The position numbers and the translations under genes were made by a program. A model generated the notes under the pieces. The model was not told the DNA's origin. It worked only from the letters and a program-made list of their open reading frames with translations, and did no database searches. A DNA stretch of 64,000 nucleotides, from positions 32,001 to 96,000 of IMG/VR virus record IMGVR_UViG_3300035698_012088; one strand, given 5' to 3'. Below are positions 1 to 10,115 of this stretch, one piece after another; position 1 is the stretch's first letter, and every line of letters starts with the position of its first letter. This stretch comes from a virus.

Positions 1-66
1 AGTAGTACTAGTAGTGCAAGTAGTAAAAGTTCCTCTAGCTCAAGTGGTGAAGTTCAGCCCGATTAA
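1..66 (+). CDS. 3' end of a serine-rich protein (partial)
   Basis: Frame 1 reads SSTSSASSKSSSSSSGEVQPD-TAA; the next gene's GAGGA RBS follows. Confidence 0.7.
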   Translation, partial: SSTSSASSKSSSSSSGEVQPD

Positions 67-82
67 TTTTGAGGATATATAA

Positions 83-535
83 ATGGCAATAAAACAACCC
101 ATAGGCACAGATCCCCTAAGTAATCCAGATCATGGTCTATCACATAGAATCATAGCTGTTGATGAAGCTGCCCCAGTTAAAACAGTCACTGTAGATGAGA
201 ATGGAACCACAAGGATTGGGGATCAATCTGGCCCAGACTATCTAAAAATAGACTCTGCAGGTAATGTTACCTTTTTAGGAGATGCTACTATAGCGCTACC
301 CTATGCTAATATTCTCATGGTAGCCACTGCAGGAGCACCCTTTTCCAGTATCAAAGCTGCTAATGACTCTATTGGGGATGCCTCAGTGTCTAATAGATAC
401 TGCATTCTTGTGAATCCAGGTACTTATGTCGAAGATCCTATTATTATGCAAGACTATGTAGACATTAAAGCTATTGGGAGTGCTTGGTCCACTGTAGTTA
501 CTCCAACTGCAATAGGCGATACGTATGTCTTCTAG
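83..535 (+). CDS. Putative virion protein; C-terminal half resembles the start of a pectin-lyase-like beta-helix
   Basis: GAGGA RBS; FSSIKAANDSI...ILVNPGTYVE resembles the cap motif that opens parallel beta-helices. Confidence 0.55.
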   Translation: MAIKQPIGTDPLSNPDHGLSHRIIAVDEAAPVKTVTVDENGTTRIGDQSGPDYLKIDSAGNVTFLGDATIALPYANILMVATAGAPFSSIKAANDSIGDASVSNRYCILVNPGTYVEDPIIMQDYVDIKAIGSAWSTVVTPTAIGDTYVF

Positions 536-1553
536 TACTTCCTCCAGTAGTTCCATATCCAGTTCTAGTTCTACTTCTTCTAGCTCTTCCTCAGTATCTT
601 CTTCTGTAAGTTCTTCTAGTTCTATATCTAGTAGTTCTGAGTCTAGTTCTAGTAGTGATAGCAGTTCTAGTAGTATCTCTAGCTCCAGTAGTATTTCCAG
701 CAGCAGTTCAGTATCTTCTAGTTCTAGCAGCAGCTCTATATCCAGTTCTAGTTCTATATCTAGTAGTTCTTCTGAGTCCAGCAGTTCCTCTACATCTAGT
801 AGCTCTATATCTAGCAGTTCCTCTATATCTAGTTCAGCATTTAGTAGTCACTCTAGTGCATCTAGCTCTATATCTAGTAGCTCTTCTATATCTAGTTCTG
901 TTTCTAGTAGTAGTTCTAATTCATCCTCAAGTTCAGAGTCCAGTAGTTCTATATCTTCTTCTGTAAGTTCTTCTAGTTCTATATCTAGTAGTTCTATATC
1001 TTCTTCTGTAAGTTCTTCTAGTAGTAGTTCTACTTCTTCTAGCTCTTCCTCAAGATCTTCTAGTTCTACTTCTAGTTCTTCTGAATCATCCTCTAGTATC
1101 AGCAGTAGGAGCAGTAGTTCTACTAGTTCTTCTAAGTCCAGTAGTTCTAGTTCATCTGCCAATGACTGGGGGTCTGTTTCTATAAAAGTTACAAGAAGAG
1201 TAAGCCAAGTAGGAGAGGAATTTAGACTTCAGGCCTGGGTGACTTCAACAAGTCTAAACATCCCTGGAGAGGTTTTCTTGTTTAGGGATACTCCTAATTA
1301 CCCAGAGAACAGTCCTCTACCTTTCTATGTATTCCTTAAAACATGCTCTTATGCAGACATGATAAACTATCCTACTATAGATTCAACTTATGACACTATC
1401 TTCTATAGACAAAGAGGTCTAGATCTAACCTTTAAATCTCTAAATCAATTAAACACAGATTGGGAAGTCATAGATACTGCGCTACAGGCCCTTATAGAAG
1501 ATATAGTAGAGACAAATGGAGCTACACCTACAACAACAGTGTATAATTACTAA
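525..1553 (+). CDS. Serine-rich protein: ~210-aa N-terminal Ser tract plus globular C-terminal domain
   Basis: ORF track; TAATG coupling to next gene; globular domain paralogous to that of 1553..2116. Confidence 0.8.
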   Translation: MSSSTSSSSSISSSSSTSSSSSSVSSSVSSSSSISSSSESSSSSDSSSSSISSSSSISSSSSVSSSSSSSSISSSSSISSSSSESSSSSTSSSSISSSSSISSSAFSSHSSASSSISSSSSISSSVSSSSSNSSSSSESSSSISSSVSSSSSISSSSISSSVSSSSSSSTSSSSSSRSSSSTSSSSESSSSISSRSSSSTSSSKSSSSSSSANDWGSVSIKVTRRVSQVGEEFRLQAWVTSTSLNIPGEVFLFRDTPNYPENSPLPFYVFLKTCSYADMINYPTIDSTYDTIFYRQRGLDLTFKSLNQLNTDWEVIDTALQALIEDIVETNGATPTTTVYNY

Positions 1554-2116
1554 TGCTACAAACCACAGTACAAAAATTTAATGTAGGAGCTGCTTATAGT
1601 ACTAAGCTAGTTCTCACAGTAGTAGCAACTGCTGGAGAGGACCCTAATGTATTTGTGGTAAGTAAAGTACAGATAGCGGGGTCATCCTCTTATGAGGAGA
1701 CTTTTGAAAGTGTTGCATCTAAGGCAGACTATATAGAATATGGGACTACTCCCTCCACAACTGTCTTTTATAGAAAAGCCACTATAACTTTACTATTCAC
1801 TCCAGGTACCGATGAGACTGAAGTATTAACTGAGATCTTATCTGAGATTGAAATCACCTCAACCCTACAAGATACAGATATAGTTATAGGGACTAGTTCA
1901 TATACGTACACAGCTTCTGGGCATATTCCTTCCAGTTTTTACTTCCCCAATTTTGCATCATCAAGTGCTTCTTCTGTATCTAGCTCCAGTAGATCCAGTA
2001 GTTCTTCTAGAAGTAGCAGCTCCTCTATAAGCAGTAGCTCATCTAGTACTTCTAGTTCTAGCTCAAGTATTAGTTCAAGATCTAGTTCTAGTAGCTCTAG
2101 CTCTAGTTCTACATAG
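1553..2116 (+). CDS. Serine-rich protein: globular N-terminal domain plus C-terminal Ser tail
   Basis: Shares VF(L/V)..F...S.AD...Y.T...FYR motif series with the upstream gene; ~50-aa Ser tail. Confidence 0.8.
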   Translation: MLQTTVQKFNVGAAYSTKLVLTVVATAGEDPNVFVVSKVQIAGSSSYEETFESVASKADYIEYGTTPSTTVFYRKATITLLFTPGTDETEVLTEILSEIEITSTLQDTDIVIGTSSYTYTASGHIPSSFYFPNFASSSASSVSSSSRSSSSSRSSSSSISSSSSSTSSSSSSISSRSSSSSSSSSST

Positions 2117-2126
2117 GAATAAGACA

Positions 2127-2825
2127 ATGAGATATTTAATAGCAGTAGCTTTGGTTTGTTTAGTAGGATGTACCTCAACTAATAGGAACCTTTTTGGGGA
2201 TAATATAGCAGGACAGAACGCTGAACTAGGAAAGAAGTCTGTAGAAGCCTCTATGCTGCTCTATAGGGACGCTGTAGCGACCTCTGAGGCCTCACAGCAT
2301 ATCCAAACAGCCACACAGTGTTTAAACCAGTCAGGCACCCTCCTAGGCTCTCTAGAGCAGACTGTACAAGTAGAAGCTCCTCAGACACATGAGAAGATAG
2401 TTCCACAGATAAGGCAAATAGATGCCTTATTAGGTAATACATCAGAAGAACTAGATCTTTTGGGTATAAAATTAGAAGCTCATAAACAGGCTATGGAGGA
2501 ATTGGCTGCGTTCACACAGTTCACTGCAAAGGCAGCTCAAGGTAAAACTTATAGAAGTAAGACCAAGATCTTGATGTACCAGATCCTAGGTATTTCCATT
2601 ATTCTATTCATCGCGGCTATAGCTTTAGCAGCATTTGGTCTCTTAGCTCCAGTTAGGACATTCCTTGGAGGACTTTTTGGCCTAGCCGCTAATCTCTCTA
2701 ATGGAGGATTTAAAGCTATGCAAGAAACAGTAGCTGAGATGGCACATAAGGATGACTCAATTCCTTCTGAGAAATTGCATCCCTCTCTTAAGGCAGCTAT
2801 AGTAAGCAAGAATTTGAAAAGTTAG
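2127..2825 (+). CDS. Lipoprotein with coiled coil and C-terminal transmembrane segment (possible spanin-like)
   Basis: MRYLIAVALVCLVG-C lipobox; helical middle; hydrophobic ILGISIILFIAAIALAAFGLL. Confidence 0.6.
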   Translation: MRYLIAVALVCLVGCTSTNRNLFGDNIAGQNAELGKKSVEASMLLYRDAVATSEASQHIQTATQCLNQSGTLLGSLEQTVQVEAPQTHEKIVPQIRQIDALLGNTSEELDLLGIKLEAHKQAMEELAAFTQFTAKAAQGKTYRSKTKILMYQILGISIILFIAAIALAAFGLLAPVRTFLGGLFGLAANLSNGGFKAMQETVAEMAHKDDSIPSEKLHPSLKAAIVSKNLKS

Positions 2826-2843
2826 TCGGTACCTAAGAGTGAG

Positions 2844-3536
2844 ATGTTTATGAAACTCTCTATTGTAATGCCTTGTGAAAAAGATAGAGTGCCTCTATTA
2901 GAAAAAACCTTACAGAGATATTCTGAAATCATTGAATCAACAGAAGTAGAATTTATTCTTCCCTCCAGATCCCTTACAGAGATGTCCGCCCCTGGCTTTA
3001 ATATAAAAGTTATACCATATATTTATGATGAGGGTGTGTTCAATTGTTCTATGGCTCTGAACCTGGGGGTTAAAAACAGTTCCTATGAGAATATAATTAT
3101 TACTTGTCCTGAAGTAATACCTGCTCCAAATGTGTTAAAGGTTTTCAAAGAGAAGGGAAGAGGCAATTATCTCTGTACTGCATATGATTTAATGCCAGAT
3201 GGCTCTATAGGGCCTTTACTTGTATCTAAGGACTTTAGGGGAGAGACTCCAGGATTATACTTCTTAGCTTTGTTTAAAAAGGAAGATATAGAATTTATAA
3301 ATGGATGGGATGAGGGGTTCATGGGAGGGTATGCTTGGGAGGATAGTGAATATGGGGATAGATTTATCAGGGCCGGCCTATCCTTTGAGATATTAGAAGA
3401 GGCCTTGGCTTACCATCAGTATCACAAAAGAGGTATAGGGGATACTAAAATGTACTATGTAAATGAAACAAAGAAGCTGAAAAACGATTACAACGAGATT
3501 ATAAGACCTAAGAAAGGACTACATTATGAAAAGTAA
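2844..3536 (+). CDS. Glycosyltransferase family 2 (GT2 with GT7C-like C-terminus)
   Basis: LSIVMP start, ALNLGV, INGWDEGF.GGYAWED...R. Confidence 0.85.
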   Translation: MFMKLSIVMPCEKDRVPLLEKTLQRYSEIIESTEVEFILPSRSLTEMSAPGFNIKVIPYIYDEGVFNCSMALNLGVKNSSYENIIITCPEVIPAPNVLKVFKEKGRGNYLCTAYDLMPDGSIGPLLVSKDFRGETPGLYFLALFKKEDIEFINGWDEGFMGGYAWEDSEYGDRFIRAGLSFEILEEALAYHQYHKRGIGDTKMYYVNETKKLKNDYNEIIRPKKGLHYEK

Positions 3537-5715
3537 AGATGTATACAGCCCCTATAAATTTGCTCATTTTTTACCTAAGCTAAAAAGTATAAAAAAGGGA
3601 GAGATAGCCTCTCCTGTGAATATGCAGATAGATTTAACTAATAAATGCACCAACAAGTGTATTTGGTGTTATTACTTGATTCATGAACACTTAGATGACT
3701 TTAGTACACAGGACATTATACCATATAAAGATGCCATAAGAATCCTATCTCAATTTAAAGGTGCTGGAGGAAAGAGTGTGGAGTTTAGTCTTAAAGGGGA
3801 TGAGTTAATACCTCTCTATACAGATCAAGATGGATTAACCCTAAAACCTATACAAGAAGTCATAGAGAATAAAATTGAGAAAAACTCTTTTACAATCCAA
3901 GATAATGGAAATGTTTCACAAGACGCCATAACCGATTTTATAAAACATAAACAAACAGAGCCGTTATGGAAAGTGACTTTAGATAGTGGTAGACATATAA
4001 CAGTTACAAAATCTCACAGTATCTTTTTCTGGGAAAAGGGTAAAATTACATATAAGCCTCTAAAAGAAGCAAAGATAGGAGATAAAGTAGTATTATCTAA
4101 TGAAAAATACCCTACTAAACATATCTCTATAAACTCAGATTGGGCCAGACTACTGGGATATTTTGTAGCAGAAGGGTGTTTTTCATTTCAAAGAAAGCAT
4201 GTTCCACATGGCATACATTTTACTTTTGGATTTAATGCCCAGGAGCAAAAATATATCTCTGATGTGGCCAACATACTGACCACTAATGGATATAAAGCAG
4301 TAATTAGAAAATTTGATAATAAGACTAAGATTTCTGTTTGCAATAAAGAACTTACTGAAGATTTTTTAAAATTAGGTATAGGGGAAGGATCTAGGAACAA
4401 AAGAGTACCAGATTGTATTTTTAATGCAAATAAATCTGCTCAAATCAATTTTCTTACAGGGTTGTTTGCAGGAGATGGTAATTTTAGAGACACTCTGTAT
4501 AGACAGTGTTCTAGAAACTCTTTGCATTTAAAAACCTCTTCTGTCCTTCTACAGAGAACTGTAGAATTTTTGTTATCTCAATTAGATATCTGGTGTACCC
4601 TATATGAAGGTATAAATTGTCCTAGAAGTATTGAGGGAAGATCTTTACCCGAAACTACATATTGTACCGTTAACATTCAAGGGAAAGATGAATTATTAAA
4701 ATTAGAATCAATAATTAAATTTATGGGCAAAGAGCTTAAGTACAAAGACAGTAAGTATTCTCATACAACAAAACATAAAAAAATAGAACATATTAGTGAG
4801 AATGTTATTGTCTTGCCCATTAAAAAAATAGAAGAGGTAGATAAAGAAAAGTATGTCTATGATATAAGTGTAGGAGAGTCTCATAGATTTATCTCTAGTT
4901 TTGGGATTCTATGTCATAACACAGGAGGAGGGGAGCCTTTACTACATCCTAATTTCATAGATATAAGCTCCCATGCTAGAGATCTAAACCTAGAGAGAGC
5001 TTTAGTTACTAATGGCCAATTATTGACAGAGCCTTATGCAGAAGAAGTTTCAGATTATGCATGGGTTAGGGTATCTCTTGACTCTGCTACAGAAGAGTCA
5101 TATGCTAAAATACACTGTTCCCCTAAAGAAAACTTTCATAAAGTACTAAGGAACATTAAATTATACATGACGAAGAAGCAGCCAGATTGTGTGTTTGGTA
5201 TCTCAGCTATTGCAGATGAGAACAATGCCGGTGAGTTATCTCAAATTGCAGAGATAGCTAAAGATCTAGGTGCTGATAATTTAAGGATTAGTTTAGCCCA
5301 CACTCCAAAGAAGGGATCAATCTTTGAGAACTGTTGGGATACTTTATTAGAGGAGATAGATAAAGCTAAGTCTCTAGAAGATGATAGTTTTAAAGTGTTC
5401 TCTTTTTCAAATAGAATAGCGGAGATAGAAAGGAAATCAAAAGGTGGTTTTTGTTATTATCATCACCTAACAACAGCAGTAGGAGCCAATGGAGCTGTTT
5501 ACCCCTGCTGCTACTTTAAATACATCAACAAGTATAACTTGGGAAATCTACACGAGAACTCTTTTGAAGAGATCTGGAATGGAGATACAAGAAAAGACTT
5601 TATTGATAATGTAGCTTGTGATTGTACAGGGAGTTGTTGGATGGTTGAGAAGAATGCATTTTGCAGATATTTAATGCTAGATGAGACAGAGATACCACAT
5701 TTGAATTTTCCATAA
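3526..5715 (+). CDS. Radical SAM/SPASM-type protein, intein-containing
   Basis: CTNKCIWC cluster motif, EF/TGGGEP, VTNG, VRVSLD, C-terminal G.VYPCC...LGNL...FEEIW...C..SC. Confidence 0.9.
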   Translation: MKSKDVYSPYKFAHFLPKLKSIKKGEIASPVNMQIDLTNKCTNKCIWCYYLIHEHLDDFSTQDIIPYKDAIRILSQFKGAGGKSVEFSLKGDELIPLYTDQDGLTLKPIQEVIENKIEKNSFTIQDNGNVSQDAITDFIKHKQTEPLWKVTLDSGRHITVTKSHSIFFWEKGKITYKPLKEAKIGDKVVLSNEKYPTKHISINSDWARLLGYFVAEGCFSFQRKHVPHGIHFTFGFNAQEQKYISDVANILTTNGYKAVIRKFDNKTKISVCNKELTEDFLKLGIGEGSRNKRVPDCIFNANKSAQINFLTGLFAGDGNFRDTLYRQCSRNSLHLKTSSVLLQRTVEFLLSQLDIWCTLYEGINCPRSIEGRSLPETTYCTVNIQGKDELLKLESIIKFMGKELKYKDSKYSHTTKHKKIEHISENVIVLPIKKIEEVDKEKYVYDISVGESHRFISSFGILCHNTGGGEPLLHPNFIDISSHARDLNLERALVTNGQLLTEPYAEEVSDYAWVRVSLDSATEESYAKIHCSPKENFHKVLRNIKLYMTKKQPDCVFGISAIADENNAGELSQIAEIAKDLGADNLRISLAHTPKKGSIFENCWDTLLEEIDKAKSLEDDSFKVFSFSNRIAEIERKSKGGFCYYHHLTTAVGANGAVYPCCYFKYINKYNLGNLHENSFEEIWNGDTRKDFIDNVACDCTGSCWMVEKNAFCRYLMLDETEIPHLNFP
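3787..4920 (+). mobile_element. Intein (378 aa) with LAGLIDADG homing endonuclease
   Basis: Starts SLKGDE, block B VTKSHSIF, LLGYFVAEG and FLTGLFAGDG, ends VYDISV...GILCHN before Thr; removal restores SVEF-TGGGEP. Confidence 0.93.
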
Positions 5716-5724
5716 GGAGTTAAA

Positions 5725-6567
5725 ATGGCTTTACCAGACACATGTGTTTTAGTTGATACAGATACTTCAGCAGCATCAGGAGGATACGTTCATACACCTA
5801 ATGAGTGGCCAACTATATTCTTTAGTGAGTCAACAGAGGGTTCAGCCACTGTTACACTTAAAGATAGAAGTGGGGATGACTATGATTTAACAGCAGGTAC
5901 CTATACCGTTACCTTAAATGTTAAAGAATTCTGTACAGATGCCGGTCCACAAATAACCAAAGAATGTACTATTACACCTCCAAGTACTGTTTCTGTAACT
6001 CTAGAGGCCGATGACTTACCCTTTGCAGGAGTATGGATTGGAGAATTTACTGTTACAGATGATGATTCCTCAGATAAAGTGATTGCCAGATTTAGAATGT
6101 ATTTAGATGTATCTTTAAATTACACATCTACAAATGCTAGTTACTGCCCCTTAACTGTGGCTGAGATCCGACTTCTAATAAGAGATAGACATCCTGAAGA
6201 GAATACCTTCCTAGAAGAAGTAGAGTTCTCGGATACAGAGATAGCTTTCTCTATCAGGAGACCTGTTGATATCTGGAATGAATCCCTTCCCCCTATTATG
6301 AAAACATATACACCTTTGACTTTTCCCTATAGATATCACTGGTCTGAGGGAGTAATTGGAGAACTATATAGAATGGCCTCCTTTAATCTGAATAGAAATG
6401 ATGTAGATGTAGCAACAGGGGGAGTAACAGTAGATGACAAAAGAGCTGATATCTATCTAAAGCTCTCTGAAGAATATATTAGTAGGTATAAACAATGGGT
6501 CATGAGTACTAAGTATTCTGTTAACATAGGAGAAGGCTTTGGGAGAACTTCCATAGGTTATTTTTAA
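5725..6567 (+). CDS. Putative head-tail adaptor/neck protein with N-terminal beta-sandwich
   Basis: IRLLIRDRHPEENTFLEEVEFSDTEI resembles phage adaptor motifs; position in structural module. Confidence 0.5.
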   Translation: MALPDTCVLVDTDTSAASGGYVHTPNEWPTIFFSESTEGSATVTLKDRSGDDYDLTAGTYTVTLNVKEFCTDAGPQITKECTITPPSTVSVTLEADDLPFAGVWIGEFTVTDDDSSDKVIARFRMYLDVSLNYTSTNASYCPLTVAEIRLLIRDRHPEENTFLEEVEFSDTEIAFSIRRPVDIWNESLPPIMKTYTPLTFPYRYHWSEGVIGELYRMASFNLNRNDVDVATGGVTVDDKRADIYLKLSEEYISRYKQWVMSTKYSVNIGEGFGRTSIGYF

Positions 6568-7430
6568 TGAGCACCAACCCTATTACAAAAGTATATGTCA
6601 CAGAATCTCCAACAGATAGGTCTAAACTTATACAATGGAAACTGGATCCTTCTTTCCCTGAGCTTACTAGTTATAGTTTCTATATAGAGACTGCTAGGGC
6701 AACTGATCCAAGTTGGACTAGGTTAAATCCTTCAGCGCCTATTGTAGATATGTGTTGGTATAGTGACCCTACTGTGTATAGATACAACTATAGACATGAC
6801 CTCTACTATAGAGTTGTCTTGGATGATGGAGGAACAGAGTACATCTCAGAGGCCAGTAATGTGAGAGGTACTTTGGATAAAACAGAGAGAAGAATGGTTA
6901 GAGCTGCTCTTGTTAATGAATATGAGAGATTTACTAAGTGGCATGTAGGAACTATAGGCTGGCTTCTAAAGAAGAGGATATATGGTACTGCTTGTACAGT
7001 ATGTGCAGATTTTGATCTACCCAATGATGGAGGATTAGCTTCTTGCTCTACCTGTTATGGTACTGGGATTGTAGGAGGGTACTACCAAGGTTATCCTTAT
7101 TATGTAGACTTCACAAAACTAGATGTACATGACAAAGATATAGTGATCCCTTTTGGTACAGAGGATAATCCTGAACTATTGGGTAGATGTATAGCGTATC
7201 CTATATTGTCATCTCAAGACCTATGGGTAGAAAAAGACACCAACAAGAGATACGTTATAAGGCAAATCCAGACACTGGCAAGAATAAGAGATACTGTTAT
7301 ATCTTATACAGCAGTTTTTAAAGAGTTGCCTGGAACAAGAGTGGAATATGACGTACCCGTTTATGGAGATACAGCTCTGGTAAGCGATGTAGAAACAGAG
7401 TGGCGAAATGCAGTAGACTATAATCTGTAA
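6567..7430 (+). CDS. Putative head-closure/neck protein with Zn finger
   Basis: KKR..G..CTVC...CSTCYGTGIVGGY pattern; follows the adaptor-like gene. Confidence 0.55.
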   Translation: MSTNPITKVYVTESPTDRSKLIQWKLDPSFPELTSYSFYIETARATDPSWTRLNPSAPIVDMCWYSDPTVYRYNYRHDLYYRVVLDDGGTEYISEASNVRGTLDKTERRMVRAALVNEYERFTKWHVGTIGWLLKKRIYGTACTVCADFDLPNDGGLASCSTCYGTGIVGGYYQGYPYYVDFTKLDVHDKDIVIPFGTEDNPELLGRCIAYPILSSQDLWVEKDTNKRYVIRQIQTLARIRDTVISYTAVFKELPGTRVEYDVPVYGDTALVSDVETEWRNAVDYNL

Positions 7431-7459
7431 GTGCATACCTGTGCACCTGAAAGGATAAT

Positions 7460-9481
7460 ATGAAAAACTTCCCAAAAGTAACTGTGGTTACTTTAGTAAA
7501 AGACAACACTGAACTGACCTTTAACTTCCTAGACTCTCTTAACAAATACACAAAGTATCCCAACTTCAATGTACTTTTAGGAGATACCGGGTCTACTAAA
7601 GAGAATCTAGAAGCCCTCAAGGGCACTGTCTCTATTTCAGAAGCCTTAGATATTTCTATAGTTGAACTAGGGGAATACTCTTATGGCAAAAACATGAACA
7701 AGCTGGTAAGAAACCATTTGCCCGATGACACTCAGTATGTGTGTTTCATGGATAATGATATAGACTTATGTAATGACTGTATCTCAATTTTCATGGATGT
7801 GGAGAGAAGGGAAGAGAAAGTGGCTACATACACCCCTTGTCTTCTATTTAAAACAGGAGAGGTGCAGTGTACCGGTTATATGGTAGAAGCCTATGAAGAT
7901 AAATCTCATAGACTTATGTTCCAAAATTTCAATGTACATAACTCAGATGTCCACACTCAATTTGAAGTATTATCTGGTTGTGGTTCTTTGATGATGGTGA
8001 ATAGAGACATCTTTGAAGACCTTGGTGGTTTTAACCTAGGGTATAAACACTGCTTATACGATGTAGATCTATGTATTAGAGCTGCAATAGCAGGATATAA
8101 GAACTTATGTCCGGGATATGCCTCGGCAAAACATTTCTTAGCTCAAACCAGAGGTAAAGAGAATCTGGAGGAAGAGTTCTCATTTGATATGACAAGGCTG
8201 TCTAATCTAATATATGCTTTTCCTGATGAATTAAATCCATTACTAACACATAAAGAGAGAGTTCTAAATAAAGCTGATTGGGGCATTTATAATACTTCAG
8301 AGTTAAGCTCTAATTATGAGGGACCTCAAATCTTCCATTTCCAAGATATCTCTATTGCAGAGAATATGGAAAAACAAATGGACTTTGAAACACGGTATAA
8401 TTTAAAGAGTAATGATGGGAAATTACATATAGTAGGATTTGGACATGATAATGGATGCGGGTATGTGAGACTAGATCTCCCAGCCAAGTATATCAATAGA
8501 AGACCAGATATGGAAATGTTCACTACACAAAAGATGTGTCCTGAATTAGCAAACTGGGGACATGTGTTTGTATGGGAAGCTCCTCCACCAAATGACTTCT
8601 CTCCTATGAGAGATATCTTTGCAGAGTATAGTGTCCCGCAGATGGTGGAGATTGATGACAATTACCTAGAGATAGATAAGTTTAATAAAGCTAAATATAT
8701 GATTCCAGAGGAACTAGTTTCAGAATGGTTCAATAAGTGTGGAGTATTTACAACTACTAGAGATAGTCTAAGAGACTTCTATATTTCTAAGTATCCTGAT
8801 ATGGAAGGACATACTCTACCAAACTGTGTAGACCATGAAGTGTTCTTGAATGCCTTGTATGACACTTCGGACACAGGCCCTCTCAAATTGGGATGGATGG
8901 GATGTGATTCTCACTTCTCTGATTTATTAGTAGTAACCCCTGTCTTAAAGAGACTACAAGAAGAGTATGGTAGAGAGTTAGATATTACCTTATTTGGCTG
9001 GGATGGTAAATTACCCAACAATGTACCTTTCAAATATAATGGTACTGATAATGTTATGGATGGAATAAGATTTACACATATCCCTTATGTACCTATTCAA
9101 GAGTATCATAGTTTTATCCAGACTCTAGGCTTAGATGTAATGTTTCTCCCCTTAGCAGATATAAACTTCAACAACAATGGTAAAAGCCCTGTTAAGTTCT
9201 TAGAAGCCGCATCAGCTAAGATGCCATGTGTTGTCTCAGATAGCTCTGTATTTAACTTCTTAACCCATGGAGAAGATGCTTTACTTTGTAAAACAGAAGA
9301 AGATTGGTATACTAATATTAAAGCTATGCTGGATAATGCAGAGCTAAGAAGAAAGATCAGTGCTAATGGATATAACACAGTCATGAATAAGTTCTCTATG
9401 GAGAATAATGTAGACAAGTGGGTAGATGTTTATACTCAATTAGCTACAAGTAAGTACAAACAATATAAGAGAGAAGACTAA
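7460..9481 (+). CDS. Bifunctional glycosyltransferase, GT2 + GT4 (GT-B)
   Basis: N-term VTVVTL, GDTGS, FMDND, GGFN..Y...YDVDLC; C-term GCGYVR, EIDD, LGWMG, GKSPVKFLEAAS. Confidence 0.88.
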   Translation: MKNFPKVTVVTLVKDNTELTFNFLDSLNKYTKYPNFNVLLGDTGSTKENLEALKGTVSISEALDISIVELGEYSYGKNMNKLVRNHLPDDTQYVCFMDNDIDLCNDCISIFMDVERREEKVATYTPCLLFKTGEVQCTGYMVEAYEDKSHRLMFQNFNVHNSDVHTQFEVLSGCGSLMMVNRDIFEDLGGFNLGYKHCLYDVDLCIRAAIAGYKNLCPGYASAKHFLAQTRGKENLEEEFSFDMTRLSNLIYAFPDELNPLLTHKERVLNKADWGIYNTSELSSNYEGPQIFHFQDISIAENMEKQMDFETRYNLKSNDGKLHIVGFGHDNGCGYVRLDLPAKYINRRPDMEMFTTQKMCPELANWGHVFVWEAPPPNDFSPMRDIFAEYSVPQMVEIDDNYLEIDKFNKAKYMIPEELVSEWFNKCGVFTTTRDSLRDFYISKYPDMEGHTLPNCVDHEVFLNALYDTSDTGPLKLGWMGCDSHFSDLLVVTPVLKRLQEEYGRELDITLFGWDGKLPNNVPFKYNGTDNVMDGIRFTHIPYVPIQEYHSFIQTLGLDVMFLPLADINFNNNGKSPVKFLEAASAKMPCVVSDSSVFNFLTHGEDALLCKTEEDWYTNIKAMLDNAELRRKISANGYNTVMNKFSMENNVDKWVDVYTQLATSKYKQYKRED

Positions 9482-10110
9482 TGCCTTTATTCGCAGAACC
9501 AACATGGTCAGGAAGTATACAAGCCTATCCTGAGAGTTTTTTTGATAATGAGGATATAACTCCGTTTCAGATAACTGGAGCTATAGTGAGATTACTTCAA
9601 TATCAGTTTGGATATGTAGATAATATAGATAACCCCTTACTTAAGGGATATATATGGACAAATAATGGAGCAACTTCAAAGATACTAATAGGCCCTTCCT
9701 TTATGCGCAACGACGAGACTACTTCTGCTAAACCTGGAATCTTTGTAGAAAGACAGGATCTAGAGGCTACTACTATAGGGGTAAGGTATTTGAATGTTCA
9801 AGCAGAGTCCTTATCTACTCCTTTTGCAACAGGAAACTACAATAAGCATTTAACAGGAAAACATCTTATACTATGTGAAGGCATCTCAGGCACAGAAGCA
9901 GAGTTATTAGCTGAAGAGGTATTTACTAGGTTTATGCTAATGTCTCCTATATTAACATCTGATTTCAATTTAGACACAATAGATGTCAAGGGATTGGGGA
10001 AACAAGTGCCTAAGCCTAAACAAGCTTCTACCACTTTTGTCTCTTCAGTAGTTATAGCCTGGCAGAAGACATATAACTGGTCTATTGTAAATGAAGAACC
10101 GGAGCAATAA
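9481..10110 (+). CDS. Putative tail terminator/completion protein
   Basis: Size, position between neck and tube-like genes, EAELLAEEV helix between beta strands. Confidence 0.4.
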   Translation: MPLFAEPTWSGSIQAYPESFFDNEDITPFQITGAIVRLLQYQFGYVDNIDNPLLKGYIWTNNGATSKILIGPSFMRNDETTSAKPGIFVERQDLEATTIGVRYLNVQAESLSTPFATGNYNKHLTGKHLILCEGISGTEAELLAEEVFTRFMLMSPILTSDFNLDTIDVKGLGKQVPKPKQASTTFVSSVVIAWQKTYNWSIVNEEPEQ

Positions 10111-10115
10111 AGTTG

